Source: Bdellovibrionota bacterium | GTDB taxonomy: Bacteria > Bdellovibrionota > UBA1018 > UBA923 | NCBI GenBank assembly: GCA_040754655.1 | Contig: JBFMCE010000022.1 | Location: 1-42,872, forward strand | Length of the DNA stretch: 42,872 nucleotides | Direction of reading: 5' to 3' | Shown here: piece after piece, positions 1 to 9,634 of the stretch | Layout: each line of letters opens with the position of its first letter | Numbering within the stretch: position 1 is the first letter of the stretch | Translations under genes and position numbers: made by a program | Notes under the pieces: generated by a model | Database searches by the model: none | Told to the model about the DNA's origin: nothing | The model's input: only the letters and a program-made list of their open reading frames with translations

Positions 1-675
1 CTCATGAAGCCTTTTTTCAAAATCATGAAGGTTCGCCGTATTCTCGGAGGTGTTTGATAAAAGCCTCAAAGTTTCTCGGGCGCGTTGCGTGAGCGTATTT
101 CGCAACTTTTCCTTTTCGGGCGCTTCAAGGCCCTCAATAGCCCTGAGATGGCCATCGAGCTGTTCTAAAAGTTCGATAAGATGTTCGAAAAGCTTCTTTC
201 CTTCGCCCTGACGAGATTTCTTCAAAGACTTTAGAGCTGGCTCAATGAGTTTTTCCAAAAGTTCGTCTTCAGTGAACTCATTCAAAGCGCTCTCTGCGGA
301 CGAGCTATCGATCACCCCAGGAAGCCGCAAAAGCGTATCAATGCTTGGCAAGTCGACTTTTTTCTTTTTGGGGAGATCTTTCGCGAGTTTCCCCGCCGCC
401 TCCCAATAACGATGGGCTACTTGAAAATTCAAGATCTTGTCGGCGGTACCTGACGTGTTCTCAGCAGATACGGAAATCTCGATAGCGCCTCGTTCAAAGC
501 TTCTCGAAACCTGTCGTCGAATAGCCATGTCGAGAGCCAAAAGTTCAAACCGAGGCAGCCGCAATTTGATGTCGAGGAAGCGATGGTTGAGTGAGCGTAC
601 GCGGCAGCTGAGCTGGATTCCATCCACTTTAAACTGAGCCTCGCCGTAGCCCGTCATAGACTCGATCGATTTCAC
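1..675 (-). CDS. yicC: YicC/YloC family endoribonuclease, 3' end runs off the window
   Basis: Not in the ORF track; translated by hand. GTG at 675 overlaps the accA TGA (GTGA). Reads MKSIESMTGYGEAQ...RSLNHRFLDIKLRLP...RGAIEISV, the YicC SMTGYG and S(V/L)NHRFLD signatures. Same frame still reads ...DFEKRLHE at base 1. Confidence 0.93.
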   Translation of the reverse strand, partial: MKSIESMTGYGEAQFKVDGIQLSCRVRSLNHRFLDIKLRLPRFELLALDMAIRRQVSRSFERGAIEISVSAENTSGTADKILNFQVAHRYWEAAGKLAKDLPKKKKVDLPSIDTLLRLPGVIDSSSAESALNEFTEDELLEKLIEPALKSLKKSRQGEGKKLFEHLIELLEQLDGHLRAIEGLEAPEKEKLRNTLTQRARETLRLLSNTSENTANLHDFEKRLHE

Positions 676-1682
676 GAGCTCTCTTTCTCTACGCTTGAAG
701 TTGGCGCTGAACCATTCTTGCCGTAGTTCACCAGTTCTTTTTGACCCATCTGGCGAAATTTCTTTTGTCGGTTCAAAAGCAATTGCTTGCCACTTGTTTT
801 CATCAAGTCTTGAAGATTTTTAGAGATAGCCTTCTTTAAAAGGGCGGCTGCCGCCGGCCAATCACGATGAGCTCCGCCCTTGGGTTCTGGTACAATTTGA
901 TCGATGACTCCCAACGGCTTGATCTCCTCTGGAGTCATTTTCATGATTTTTGCGGCGGTTTCATTCATGGAACTGTCAGACCATAAAATCGAAGCGCAAG
1001 ACTCCGGCGAAATGACCGAGTAGGTCGAGAATTCTTGCATTAAAACTCTGTCTGCAACTCCGATGGCAAGGGCGCCACCACTGCCACCTTCTCCAATGAC
1101 ACAGGCGATGAGGGGTGATTCAAGATCAAACATCTCCATGATGCATCGAGCGATCGCCTCGGATTGTCCTCTTTCTTCGGCGTCCAAACCAGGAAAGGCG
1201 CCCGGGGTATCGATAAACGTTACGATCGGAACGTGGAATTGCGCCGCAAGCTTCATGACCCGCAACGCCTTTCGGTAGCCCTCTGGCTTGGCCATGGCAA
1301 AATTACGTTCGATTTTTTGCTTTGTGTTTCGGCCTTTTTGATTTGCGATCACAAAGACGGGCTGCCCGCCTAGTGTCGCCATTCCAGCCAAAAGAGCGGG
1401 GTCGTCTCCAAAATACCGATCGCCATGCAATTCAATGAAGTCCTCAAAGAGAAGAGGAATATAATCAGAAGCATAAGGGCGATTCGGGTGTCGCGAGAGC
1501 TGAACGCGTTGCCAGGGCGTCAGACGGCGATAAACTTCGTCGATTAACCCTTCAAGCTTTGTTTCTAACGCGTTGATTTCACTGGATAAGTTTATACCCC
1601 CTGTCTTTGCGAGGTCGCGCAATTCGCGTAGACGTTTTTCTAGAGTAGCGATGGGTTTCTCAAACTCGAAGACAGCTTCCAT
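672..1682 (-). CDS. accA: Acetyl-CoA carboxylase carboxyltransferase alpha subunit
   Basis: FEFEKPI, LTPWQRVQLSRHPNRP, ELHGDR, PEGYRKA, DTPGAFPG, AEERGQSEAIA, GEGGSGGALA, YSVISPE motifs. Confidence 0.98.
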   Translation of the reverse strand: MEAVFEFEKPIATLEKRLRELRDLAKTGGINLSSEINALETKLEGLIDEVYRRLTPWQRVQLSRHPNRPYASDYIPLLFEDFIELHGDRYFGDDPALLAGMATLGGQPVFVIANQKGRNTKQKIERNFAMAKPEGYRKALRVMKLAAQFHVPIVTFIDTPGAFPGLDAEERGQSEAIARCIMEMFDLESPLIACVIGEGGSGGALAIGVADRVLMQEFSTYSVISPESCASILWSDSSMNETAAKIMKMTPEEIKPLGVIDQIVPEPKGGAHRDWPAAAALLKKAISKNLQDLMKTSGKQLLLNRQKKFRQMGQKELVNYGKNGSAPTSSVEKESS

Positions 1683-1770
1683 GAGGGCCTTTACGGTAGC
1701 AAATGGGTGTCAGTCGGGCAAGTGGAGGTTCAAAAAGCTGCCAAACTAACATACACTTGAAAATAACCCT

Positions 1771-2571
1771 ATGAGTGAAGCTACCCCAGGTCAGGAAACG
1801 CCAAAGAAAGAGGCCTCTCAACAAAACGCCGCGCCTTCGAACCCGGCTCCTGATGCCGCGGCTGCAGCGACTCCAGCGGCTCAGCCCGTGACAAGCGCTT
1901 CGCCGGCAGCGCCTGGGGGACCCCATGACGCTCCGGCTGAGGCGGTGGCGGCTGGTCCATCAAAATTAAAGGCGGGGCTTGGAAGCGCCGGAAAGTTTGC
2001 AAAAGGCGCCTTGGGGGGGCTCAAAAGCGCAATAGTGGCGCTGGTGAGTCTGCCTCTGTTGCTGCTGCGAGGGGATCTTCTCACCAAAGTATTGACCGCG
2101 GGACTTTTAGTCAGCGTGCTTTTAATTGGGCTCACTTCCGTGAAGCTCTATCAAAGATTCATCCATCCTTTGATGCCCGCCAAGGACTCTTCTTCGGTTG
2201 CGAGCCAAGGCATGAACAAGTTCGTAGAAGAGCAAAAGCAGCTTGCCATAGCGGCTTCGAATCTTGTTTTCTTGGAACGTTTTCAAACCTCGATCCACTC
2301 ACCCAAAGCAAAAATGGGAATCCTTGAGTTTGAGCTCTACGTCGAGTGCGACAAGCCTGAGACCAGCGCCGTCGTGCGCACTAAACTCGCTCAGCTTCAC
2401 GAGGCCATTTCAATCGTTGCGCAGGACCAAAATTATGATGATTTGATCGGCGACGAAGGCAAGGACGCGCTGAAGGAAAAAATCCTCAAAGCCGTGAACG
2501 CGAGCTTGAAGCGGTTGAAAATCAAAGGCAGCATTAAGAACGTCTACTTCACCAAGTTCATCATGGCTTAA
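1771..2571 (+). CDS. fliL: FliL-family protein with long Ala/Pro-rich N-terminal extension
   Basis: Hydrophobic segment(s) near aa 85-125, then a C-terminal domain ending EGKDALKEKILKAVN...IKNVYFTKFIM, typical of FliL. Confidence 0.8.
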   Translation: MSEATPGQETPKKEASQQNAAPSNPAPDAAAAATPAAQPVTSASPAAPGGPHDAPAEAVAAGPSKLKAGLGSAGKFAKGALGGLKSAIVALVSLPLLLLRGDLLTKVLTAGLLVSVLLIGLTSVKLYQRFIHPLMPAKDSSSVASQGMNKFVEEQKQLAIAASNLVFLERFQTSIHSPKAKMGILEFELYVECDKPETSAVVRTKLAQLHEAISIVAQDQNYDDLIGDEGKDALKEKILKAVNASLKRLKIKGSIKNVYFTKFIMA

Positions 2572-2612
2572 GCGTAGATAATCATATGGGCCTATGTTAC
2601 GGTCTAGGGCCC

Positions 2613-4142
2613 ATGGCAAAACTAAAATCAAGTTGGTCAGATGCTATTTGGCGCGCACTTGTGTCGGTGCGTTTGACGATCTCTCTATTGATTTGCCTGA
2701 CGGCGATTTCAGTCGCGGGAACCCTCATCGCTCAGCAAGGCACGACCCAGGTTCCGCTCGACAAACTTTACACTCCTGGACAACTTAAATTCCTGATGGC
2801 CCTTGGCCTTACGGATATTTTTCATAGCGGCTTTTTCATCTTCCTGATGCTCATGCTGGCTTTGAATCTCTTGTCCTGTTCTTTTGAGCGATTGCCCCAG
2901 GTTTGGCGTCAGGCCTTTCGAGTTCCGCCCCCACCGGTGAATGATCCGACCTTAAAAGAGTGGACCGTAGAGCATGCTAGGAAACAGAAATTTCTCGTTG
3001 AGCGGCCGGGCTTTTCGGGATTCGACTCGGTTCGCGAAGCAAAAATGGCGGCCATGCTCTTTTTCCAAAAACATTTTAAGCATTATGTGGTGCTGCGCGA
3101 CCGTGAAGGCGAGTTCCAACTCATGGTCGAGAAAGGGAAGTACTCGAGAGTGGGCGTTTACATCACGCATCTTTCTCTGCTCATGGTGATGTTTGGAGGC
3201 GTGACTGGCGCCTTGTTTGGTTTTGAGGGCAGCATCAGCATCGAAGAGGGCGGCAGAGTTTCGTGGATGCAGCACCTTAAAGGCACCAATGACGGCATGC
3301 CGCTCATTCGCGAGAATGGAGCGCCCGTTTTTGGATTCTTGAACTTGGGTTTTGAGATCGAGTGTGAGAATTTCACTCTTGAAACTTGGGACGGTGAAAG
3401 GCCGAAACTCTTCAAGTCAGTGCTCAACTTTTATGAGAACGACGTGTTGGTGCACAAGGCCGAAGTAGCGGTGAATCATCCGACAGCTTACAAGGGAATC
3501 ACGTTCTATCAGGCAAGCTACTCTGAAGTGGGAACGGGCGGAGTAGCGCTAAAGGTTTTTCGCATGGGCAAGCCCGGGCGTGAACCGTCGCAGCAAAAGG
3601 CCAATGCAAAAGCCAGCGCTCCAAGTTTGCTGAAGGGGGCTCCTTTTCCCCAGGTCGAATCGGTTGAATTGGTGGATGAGGTCAAGCTGGGAGAGCTCTA
3701 TCGAGTCGATGGAAACGCAGCCTTCAAAGTCTTGCAAGTGGAGCCCAACCTCATGGATCTAGGGCCTGCCGCTAAACTTCAGTATTTCGCCAATCGCAGC
3801 GTGAAGAAGCCAACCGAGTTCTGGATCTTCAAGAACCTGCCAGGGTTTGATTTTGCGCACCGACGCGATAGCGGGCTTAATTTCGTGCTCGAGGGAGTCC
3901 AACCCAAATACGCGACAGGATTGAGCGTCGCCAAAGATCCTGGCGTCTGGATCGTCTGGATCGGTTGTTCAATCATGGTGCTGGCTCTTTTCTTGGCTCT
4001 CTACACCTGCCATAGCCGCTACTGGATCACTTTTACCAAGGAGCAGGGGTTTGTCGTGGTGGGTTGGTCCAATAAACTTTTCTTATTTGAACCTCGATTC
4101 GAGAAATTTTATTCCTCTTTTCGCAAGGAGCTTCGTTCATGA
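2613..4142 (+). CDS. resB: Cytochrome c biogenesis protein ResB/Ccs1 (system II)
   Basis: SVRLTISLL, GTLIAQ, LGLTDIFHS, NLLSCS, GVYITHLSLL (conserved His), VNHP..YKGITFYQASY, TGLSVAKDPG. Start chosen at ATG 2613; the ORF opens at 2586. Confidence 0.93.
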   Translation: MAKLKSSWSDAIWRALVSVRLTISLLICLTAISVAGTLIAQQGTTQVPLDKLYTPGQLKFLMALGLTDIFHSGFFIFLMLMLALNLLSCSFERLPQVWRQAFRVPPPPVNDPTLKEWTVEHARKQKFLVERPGFSGFDSVREAKMAAMLFFQKHFKHYVVLRDREGEFQLMVEKGKYSRVGVYITHLSLLMVMFGGVTGALFGFEGSISIEEGGRVSWMQHLKGTNDGMPLIRENGAPVFGFLNLGFEIECENFTLETWDGERPKLFKSVLNFYENDVLVHKAEVAVNHPTAYKGITFYQASYSEVGTGGVALKVFRMGKPGREPSQQKANAKASAPSLLKGAPFPQVESVELVDEVKLGELYRVDGNAAFKVLQVEPNLMDLGPAAKLQYFANRSVKKPTEFWIFKNLPGFDFAHRRDSGLNFVLEGVQPKYATGLSVAKDPGVWIVWIGCSIMVLALFLALYTCHSRYWITFTKEQGFVVVGWSNKLFLFEPRFEKFYSSFRKELRS

Positions 4143-5440
4143 CGTACTTCTCTGTGAGTAATGCGCTCTTTAACGTCTCGCCACTCTTCTATTTCACGGC
4201 GTTTGTTTTGTACTCCGGGCAATTGGTATCAACGAGGCGCTTGTTTTCCGCGGTCGCCCCATGGGCGGGGCGCGTGGCGTTTCTCATACACACCGCTGCG
4301 CTCATCGTGAGGTGGATGCATTCCGGATTCTACCATCCGCCGTGGAGTAATCTTTACGAGTCACTCGTCTTTTTCTCGTGGGGAGTCATGGGCGCGCATC
4401 TTCTGATGGAATGGCGCTCAGGGCTTCGGTTCACCGGTGCGTTCGCATCGGGCGTGGTGTTCGCGGCGATGGGAATCGCCAGTCTTCATCCAAACAAGGA
4501 AGTGGAACCTCTGGTTCCCGCTCTTCAAAGTTATTGGATTTTGATACATGTCTTCATGGCTTGCATTGCGTATGCTTTTTTCCTCGTCTCAAGCTTTGCA
4601 TCAGTGCTTTACCTCATCAAAGATAAGGTAAAACTAGAAACCATGGCTGCAGTGGCGAGTTTGGTTTGCGTGCTTTTTTTGTGCATCGCAGCTGGAAAGG
4701 GTTTCTTCACGAATTCTGAGATCTTGTTTTTCAAGGTCACTCAGATGGCAGGCCCCGATGGGAAACTGCAAGAAGTCATCATGAATTTCAAAGGTTCAGA
4801 CGGAAAGCCGGTGCAGCAGTTCGTTTCCGTGCCTTTCGCGCCCTATATTCTTTGGCCTCTCTTGGGAGCTTATTTCAGTTCAGCGGCATTGTTCTGGGGT
4901 TCTCGTAAGAAAAAAGCCCTTGAGAAACCGGGGCGCTACGCTTTTATCACGGCTTTCCTGCTTCATCTTGGATTGATCATGAGCGTGGTTTTGGCGCCCT
5001 TCTACTTGACCGAGATGGCGCTAAAGTCGAATCCCTATCGACTTGCGGGATTTGCAATGACCTTTGGCATCGCGGCGTTTTTCTTGATGCTCTTTGTGAG
5101 CGAGAAGAAGCTTGCTTCTCGGCTGCCCGCAGTCGAAGTGCTTGACCGGTGGAGTTATCAAGGCGTGTTCTTGGGCATTCCTTTCATGACGCTCAATCTC
5201 ATCACAGGAGCAGTATGGGCTTACTACGCTTGGGGGCGCTACTGGGGATGGGATCCGAAAGAGACCTGGGCTTTGATCACCTGGTTCATCTACGTGATCT
5301 ATCTTCACATGCGTGTTTTGGGGGGCTGGAAGGGAAGAAAGACCGCAGTGATCAGCATTGCTGGCTTTTTTGTCGTGATCTTCACCTATCTCGGGGTGAA
5401 TTTGGTCATTAGCGGGTTGCACTCGTATGCCACAGGATAA
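4139..5440 (+). CDS. ccsA: Cytochrome c biogenesis protein CcsA/ResC (system II heme attachment)
   Basis: PWSNLYES, PLVPALQSYWILIHV, WWD motif GAVWAYYAWGRYWGWDPKETWALITW, C-terminal GLHSY; ATGA overlap with resB. Confidence 0.96.
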   Translation: MTYFSVSNALFNVSPLFYFTAFVLYSGQLVSTRRLFSAVAPWAGRVAFLIHTAALIVRWMHSGFYHPPWSNLYESLVFFSWGVMGAHLLMEWRSGLRFTGAFASGVVFAAMGIASLHPNKEVEPLVPALQSYWILIHVFMACIAYAFFLVSSFASVLYLIKDKVKLETMAAVASLVCVLFLCIAAGKGFFTNSEILFFKVTQMAGPDGKLQEVIMNFKGSDGKPVQQFVSVPFAPYILWPLLGAYFSSAALFWGSRKKKALEKPGRYAFITAFLLHLGLIMSVVLAPFYLTEMALKSNPYRLAGFAMTFGIAAFFLMLFVSEKKLASRLPAVEVLDRWSYQGVFLGIPFMTLNLITGAVWAYYAWGRYWGWDPKETWALITWFIYVIYLHMRVLGGWKGRKTAVISIAGFFVVIFTYLGVNLVISGLHSYATG

Positions 5441-6077
5441 GATCACACAGCCAAAAAAAGTACAGTTTCTGGGCGGAGCTGCAAGAGCCGCTCAGGTTGA
5501 ACAGATCACGAAGGAGGATTTGCCTCGCGTGGTTTTGGCGGGAAGATCCAACGTCGGGAAGTCGTCGCTTTTGAATGCGCTTACCAAATCGAAAATCGCG
5601 CGCGTGAGCTCTGAGCCAGGCAAGACCAGAGAGATCAATCTTTTTCGTTGGAGCGTGGCTTACGGCTCCCAGGGCTTGTGCATTTTGGCCGACCTGCCGG
5701 GTTACGGTTACGCCAAAGTCGCGGGAAGCCTCAAACGACAATGGGGACAGGAAATCACGAAGTGGTTGAAGAGTGACCCGCTGATTCGAGAAGTGGTCGT
5801 GTTGGTGGATGGACGCCACGGTTTTTTTCCACAAGATCTGGAGCTCATCGAATTTCTACGGTCGCATGAGATTTCTTACTTGGTGGCGTTCACCAAGATG
5901 GACAAATGGAAGTCGAACAATCAGCGTTCAAACGCCGAGAAGGATCTGGCGCGCGTCTCAAAGACTGCGGGAGTAGAGCGTTTTGTTTTCGTTTCAAGCA
6001 TGGCAAGCTCTGGGGTGCAACCTCTTGAAGCTGCCCTGCGCGAGTCGTTTGGCCTAGCGGGCGCGAGAGCTCCTTAA
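5427..6077 (+). CDS. engB: Ribosome biogenesis GTPase EngB/YihA/YsxC
   Basis: G1 GRSNVGKSS, PGKTREIN, G3 DLPGYGYA, G4 TKMD. Confidence 0.96.
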   Translation: MPQDKITQPKKVQFLGGAARAAQVEQITKEDLPRVVLAGRSNVGKSSLLNALTKSKIARVSSEPGKTREINLFRWSVAYGSQGLCILADLPGYGYAKVAGSLKRQWGQEITKWLKSDPLIREVVVLVDGRHGFFPQDLELIEFLRSHEISYLVAFTKMDKWKSNNQRSNAEKDLARVSKTAGVERFVFVSSMASSGVQPLEAALRESFGLAGARAP

Positions 6078-6143
6078 ATAGTTGACATTAAATTTCAGGT
6101 AATATAGCTCTGCCTTCGCATACCTCGTGTCAAAGGGATCAGG

Positions 6144-6899
6144 ATGAGAGCTGCAAAGCGTCGTTTGTTCATCAAAAAATTGCTAAAACTTGCTTTGCTT
6201 TCTGTAGTTTTTTCTCAAGGGGTTGCATTTCAATCAATTGCCCAATCAAATCGTCCGTACTTTTCAGACTTTGCCGAGATAGTGGTCGATAAGATCGCTA
6301 GAGCCACGGAATATTCGTCGGCGGATGTACGAAGGTACCTGGCTCGTAGTTTAAAGGGCATGCATAAGGTTAAGATCGGTCGGGCTCTGGAATGCGAGCT
6401 TCTTTTGAACCCGCATGAAGGACAAGTGTTTCAAGGCTTATTTGAGAATGCTGATTTTAAGGCCTCTGTTTCTAGAGAACTTTTACTCTCGGAAGGAGAG
6501 CTTTCAGAGCTTGTGGAACAAGCTTATAAAGAGATTTCGGCGCGCGGGGTCAAGGCATTGGAAAAAATCCGATTTACCGAGCCTGGCAGCAGTATTCGCA
6601 TTTACGTCAAACCAGAAACCAAGGCTCCGATAAAGTCGGAAAACTTTCAAGAAACCGAGCTTGAAGTGATGGCCTTAACAAGTAGGTTTTTGGATCTGGG
6701 TCTTTCCGTGCACGGAATGAAAATTCACAGGGCTAACGCCTGGAGTGACCCGGTCATCTTCGTGACCTATGAGTTTACGCTGAGCGGCCATCCTAACAAG
6801 CTCAAACGCGCCTTGAAGGACCCGCAGGTCGTGCGTTTAAGGGTACCCAAGGATTTGGCGGCTGAGTTCGGAATCCTTCCTTTAAGTTCTCACAAGTAG
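6144..6899 (+). CDS. Hypothetical exported protein
   Basis: 251-aa ORF with basic N-terminus and hydrophobic signal-like segment; no recognisable motif. Confidence 0.65.
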   Translation: MRAAKRRLFIKKLLKLALLSVVFSQGVAFQSIAQSNRPYFSDFAEIVVDKIARATEYSSADVRRYLARSLKGMHKVKIGRALECELLLNPHEGQVFQGLFENADFKASVSRELLLSEGELSELVEQAYKEISARGVKALEKIRFTEPGSSIRIYVKPETKAPIKSENFQETELEVMALTSRFLDLGLSVHGMKIHRANAWSDPVIFVTYEFTLSGHPNKLKRALKDPQVVRLRVPKDLAAEFGILPLSSHK

Positions 6900-6965
6900 A
6901 CAACCACGGACCCGCTCCCGCACAATGAGGCGCTCGCACACAACGAGTTCTCTTATTGCACGATG

Positions 6966-6991
6966 AGGCTTCTACAAGTGTAGAGCCTTTT
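6966..6991 (+). terminator. Probable rho-independent terminator
   Basis: AGGC(T)TCTAC-AAGT-GTAGAGCCT stem-loop running into a short T tract, 67 nt after the 6899 stop. Confidence 0.55.
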
Positions 6992-7153
6992 GACAATTTG
7001 ATCCTGTATCTCGATGTCCTACCCTCTTTAGTTTGAGCAAAGGAGCTTCAAGAAAATTGAGAGGTTTTGAGCGCTTATCGAACTGCTCTTACGTTTGAGC
7101 TTTTCGAAGAGAAGAGCTCATCTCGTGGCCTAAATACTGCATCACTATAAGAT

Positions 7154-7540
7154 ATGGTGATGCTCATTCTTCTCGCTAGCCTTTTGATTCTTTCAGTGAT
7201 TTCGCAGCGGCCCCGCCTTGCCCGAGCAGTTGGGAAGTCGCAGACGATGCGCAATGTTACGGTAAGGCATGCGGCTGTTATAGCGCTGCTTGTTGTAGGT
7301 CTTGGCGGCTTGGTGCAGGGAGGCGGATTCGACTCTGCAACAGCTGTGAGTGCAAAAAATAGAGCAAGCCGCACGATCGCAAAAATAGGTTTGGGCGAAA
7401 CGCCGCTGGAGCTCGTGCTGGAAGCCTGTCAAAACTCGGTAGGTTCAGAAATCTCATCAAACTGCCGCAAAGCCATGGAAGAAGCGATAACGGTAGATTC
7501 ACATCCTCCGTATCGGGTTCTTACTCGCTGCGCACGTTAG
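7154..7540 (+). CDS. Small hypothetical membrane or exported protein
   Basis: 128-aa ORF with two hydrophobic stretches and a Cys pair; stop overlaps the convergent nucleotidase stop; start uncertain. Confidence 0.45.
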   Translation: MVMLILLASLLILSVISQRPRLARAVGKSQTMRNVTVRHAAVIALLVVGLGGLVQGGGFDSATAVSAKNRASRTIAKIGLGETPLELVLEACQNSVGSEISSNCRKAMEEAITVDSHPPYRVLTRCAR

Positions 7541-9417
7541 TTAGGGCTTACTACATTAAGCCAGCGGTCATCACGCTTGGGCGAGAGTTTTTCAAGCGTA
7601 GGACGCGAAACAAAATCCTTCACTAATTCTTCTCGCAAGATGCCAAGGTCTTTTTCCACTGGCACCCCGACGAAACCTGCGAAACGATCCCCTCCTGAGG
7701 CGATAAAATCCACGGTTGCAACAGTGAAAGACCTCTCTGGCGAAACAACCTGGCCAGACTCAAAGACTACCTCTCCTGCAAGGGTTTCGATGCGGACAAG
7801 CTTTGCGTCTGGGTCTGTGCCTTGAAGTTTTACGGCCTTTTCAGGAGGCAATTTTTCGATCTTTTGTTTTGCTCTTTTGCAATCGCGTTCATATTTGACG
7901 CGAAGGCCGCTTTGCATCAGAGACCCAAAAGAGCCGCAAGTTGTAATAGAATGGGCTATGAGCCCAACAAGCCTTTCGGCAGTCATGGGCCCCACAACAA
8001 CCGCACGATTATTGAATGGGATTACCTTGAAGAACTCTTCATAGGTGATTTCCCCGGCATTGAGATCCGATCGAATGCCGCCGGTATTGAGTACTGCCAC
8101 GTCAGCCGCGGCGAGTTTTCGAAGAGTGTCTGTGAGCGCATTTGCTAGAGGACTTTCGTTGATGCGGTCTTTCCAGATCTTTCCCTCGGCAATGGCTATT
8201 TTTTGCTCAGCCATCGCACGAATTCTTTCGCGAGCATGCGCGATTTCCGCCAACACTTCTGCGTCAGGAATGACCTCCACTCCTTCATAATGAACCTTGC
8301 CGTTTACCAACGAGCAAAAAGACTTCGCCTTCTTGTCACATTCATTAAAGAAAAGACCAATGCTCCCGACGCGGGAGCTCTTCGAGGCAACGACGCTCTT
8401 CTTCGCGGTATCCCAAACCAAATCGATACGGCCGAACTTTTTGCCACCCGACTCTGATTGTATGATCGGTACGCCATTGATTTGTAGGTCATTAGGGAAA
8501 TGCGTGTGACCTGCGATAACGGCATGAACAAGATGAGGGTGGCCGCCGCGCTGGGTGATTTGCCTTACGATTTCAGAACCGTTGGTCTCCGTGTCTGAGT
8601 CGCCCTGGTGCATCACGATAATGAAGATGTCGGCTTTTCCGTGGAGTTTGCGTCGTACATCGAGATAACTCTCTACTTCATCGCGAAAGCAAAGATCTGC
8701 GACATTTGCTGCCGTTGTCGAGCCGTGAGTGCCGTGGTTATCGAGCCCTATCAAAGCGACACGCACGCCAGCGATTGTCTTGATGTGGTAAGGTTTTAAG
8801 AATTCAGGGCGTTTAGCCATGCTCCATGCGATGCGAGAGTCTTCGTTTAATGGGTTGCATTCGGCGTCGACGTCAACTTTTGATCCGCCCTTTCCGCGTA
8901 GCGAAGTTTTTAGATATGTATTCGCGGAAAGCAGCGGGAACTGGGCAATGCTGACAAGGTTTTTTAGCGATCCCCTGGGGTCTTTGTCTTGCGTGCGTTC
9001 GGTGACTTGGTCTTCAAGCCAACCCTTTGGGCCAAAGTCATAATCATGATTGCCCGGAACGACCGCATCAAAGCGTGCCTTGTTCATCGTTTTAAACAAG
9101 AGTTCGCCTTCATCAAAGTTGCTCAACAGGCTTCCCTGAAACTGATCCCCTCCGTCAAGCAAGACTACACCGGCGTTTTCATTTCCGTAACGCTCCGCAA
9201 TTCCCTTACGGATTGCATTCGCAGCGCCTGTCAGTTGCGCCATGCCGCCAATTTCTTTTCCGTCTTTGTATCGCGAGGGTTCAATTCCGCCGTGGATATC
9301 GTTGGTTCCGAGAATGACCAGTAGACGTTCTTGCGGAGCAAGCGTGACCGCTGCGAGGGCTTGCAGCGACAAACCGAGAGATGTGAGGAACGCCAAAAAC
9401 CAATGAGTAGAATGCAT
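7537..9417 (-). CDS. Exported 5'-nucleotidase/UDP-sugar hydrolase (UshA-like metallophosphoesterase)
   Basis: Signal peptide; calcineurin-like motifs NDIHG, DGGDQFQG, GNHDYDFG, HQG, GHTH; C-terminal nucleotidase domain ESPLANALTD, NTGGIR, IPFNN, DFIASGGD. Confidence 0.93.
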   Translation of the reverse strand: MHSTHWFLAFLTSLGLSLQALAAVTLAPQERLLVILGTNDIHGGIEPSRYKDGKEIGGMAQLTGAANAIRKGIAERYGNENAGVVLLDGGDQFQGSLLSNFDEGELLFKTMNKARFDAVVPGNHDYDFGPKGWLEDQVTERTQDKDPRGSLKNLVSIAQFPLLSANTYLKTSLRGKGGSKVDVDAECNPLNEDSRIAWSMAKRPEFLKPYHIKTIAGVRVALIGLDNHGTHGSTTAANVADLCFRDEVESYLDVRRKLHGKADIFIIVMHQGDSDTETNGSEIVRQITQRGGHPHLVHAVIAGHTHFPNDLQINGVPIIQSESGGKKFGRIDLVWDTAKKSVVASKSSRVGSIGLFFNECDKKAKSFCSLVNGKVHYEGVEVIPDAEVLAEIAHARERIRAMAEQKIAIAEGKIWKDRINESPLANALTDTLRKLAAADVAVLNTGGIRSDLNAGEITYEEFFKVIPFNNRAVVVGPMTAERLVGLIAHSITTCGSFGSLMQSGLRVKYERDCKRAKQKIEKLPPEKAVKLQGTDPDAKLVRIETLAGEVVFESGQVVSPERSFTVATVDFIASGGDRFAGFVGVPVEKDLGILREELVKDFVSRPTLEKLSPKRDDRWLNVVSPN

Positions 9418-9634
9418 GAAACTCCCTTAAAAATTAGGTGCAGGGGTTAGCTATGGCGGGTTACGCGGCTTGTCAAGGCGACGTATACACATAGAATTCC
9501 GCAGTTCCGGCAAGGGGTAAGATGAAAGGTTGGGTATTTGTTCGGCGCTGCTTGAACGCGAGCGGATTTGTGGCTTCAAGTCAGAAACACTCTGGCTCGA
9601 TAAAGGCAGATCGCTATGCTATCCCTGAAAACGA

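Noticed and set aside
429..637. ORFs 429..623 (-) and 437..637 (+); also the expectation of tilS after accA
   Set aside because: Both ORFs lie inside the yicC frame (1..675), and the translation shows YicC motifs, not TilS motifs
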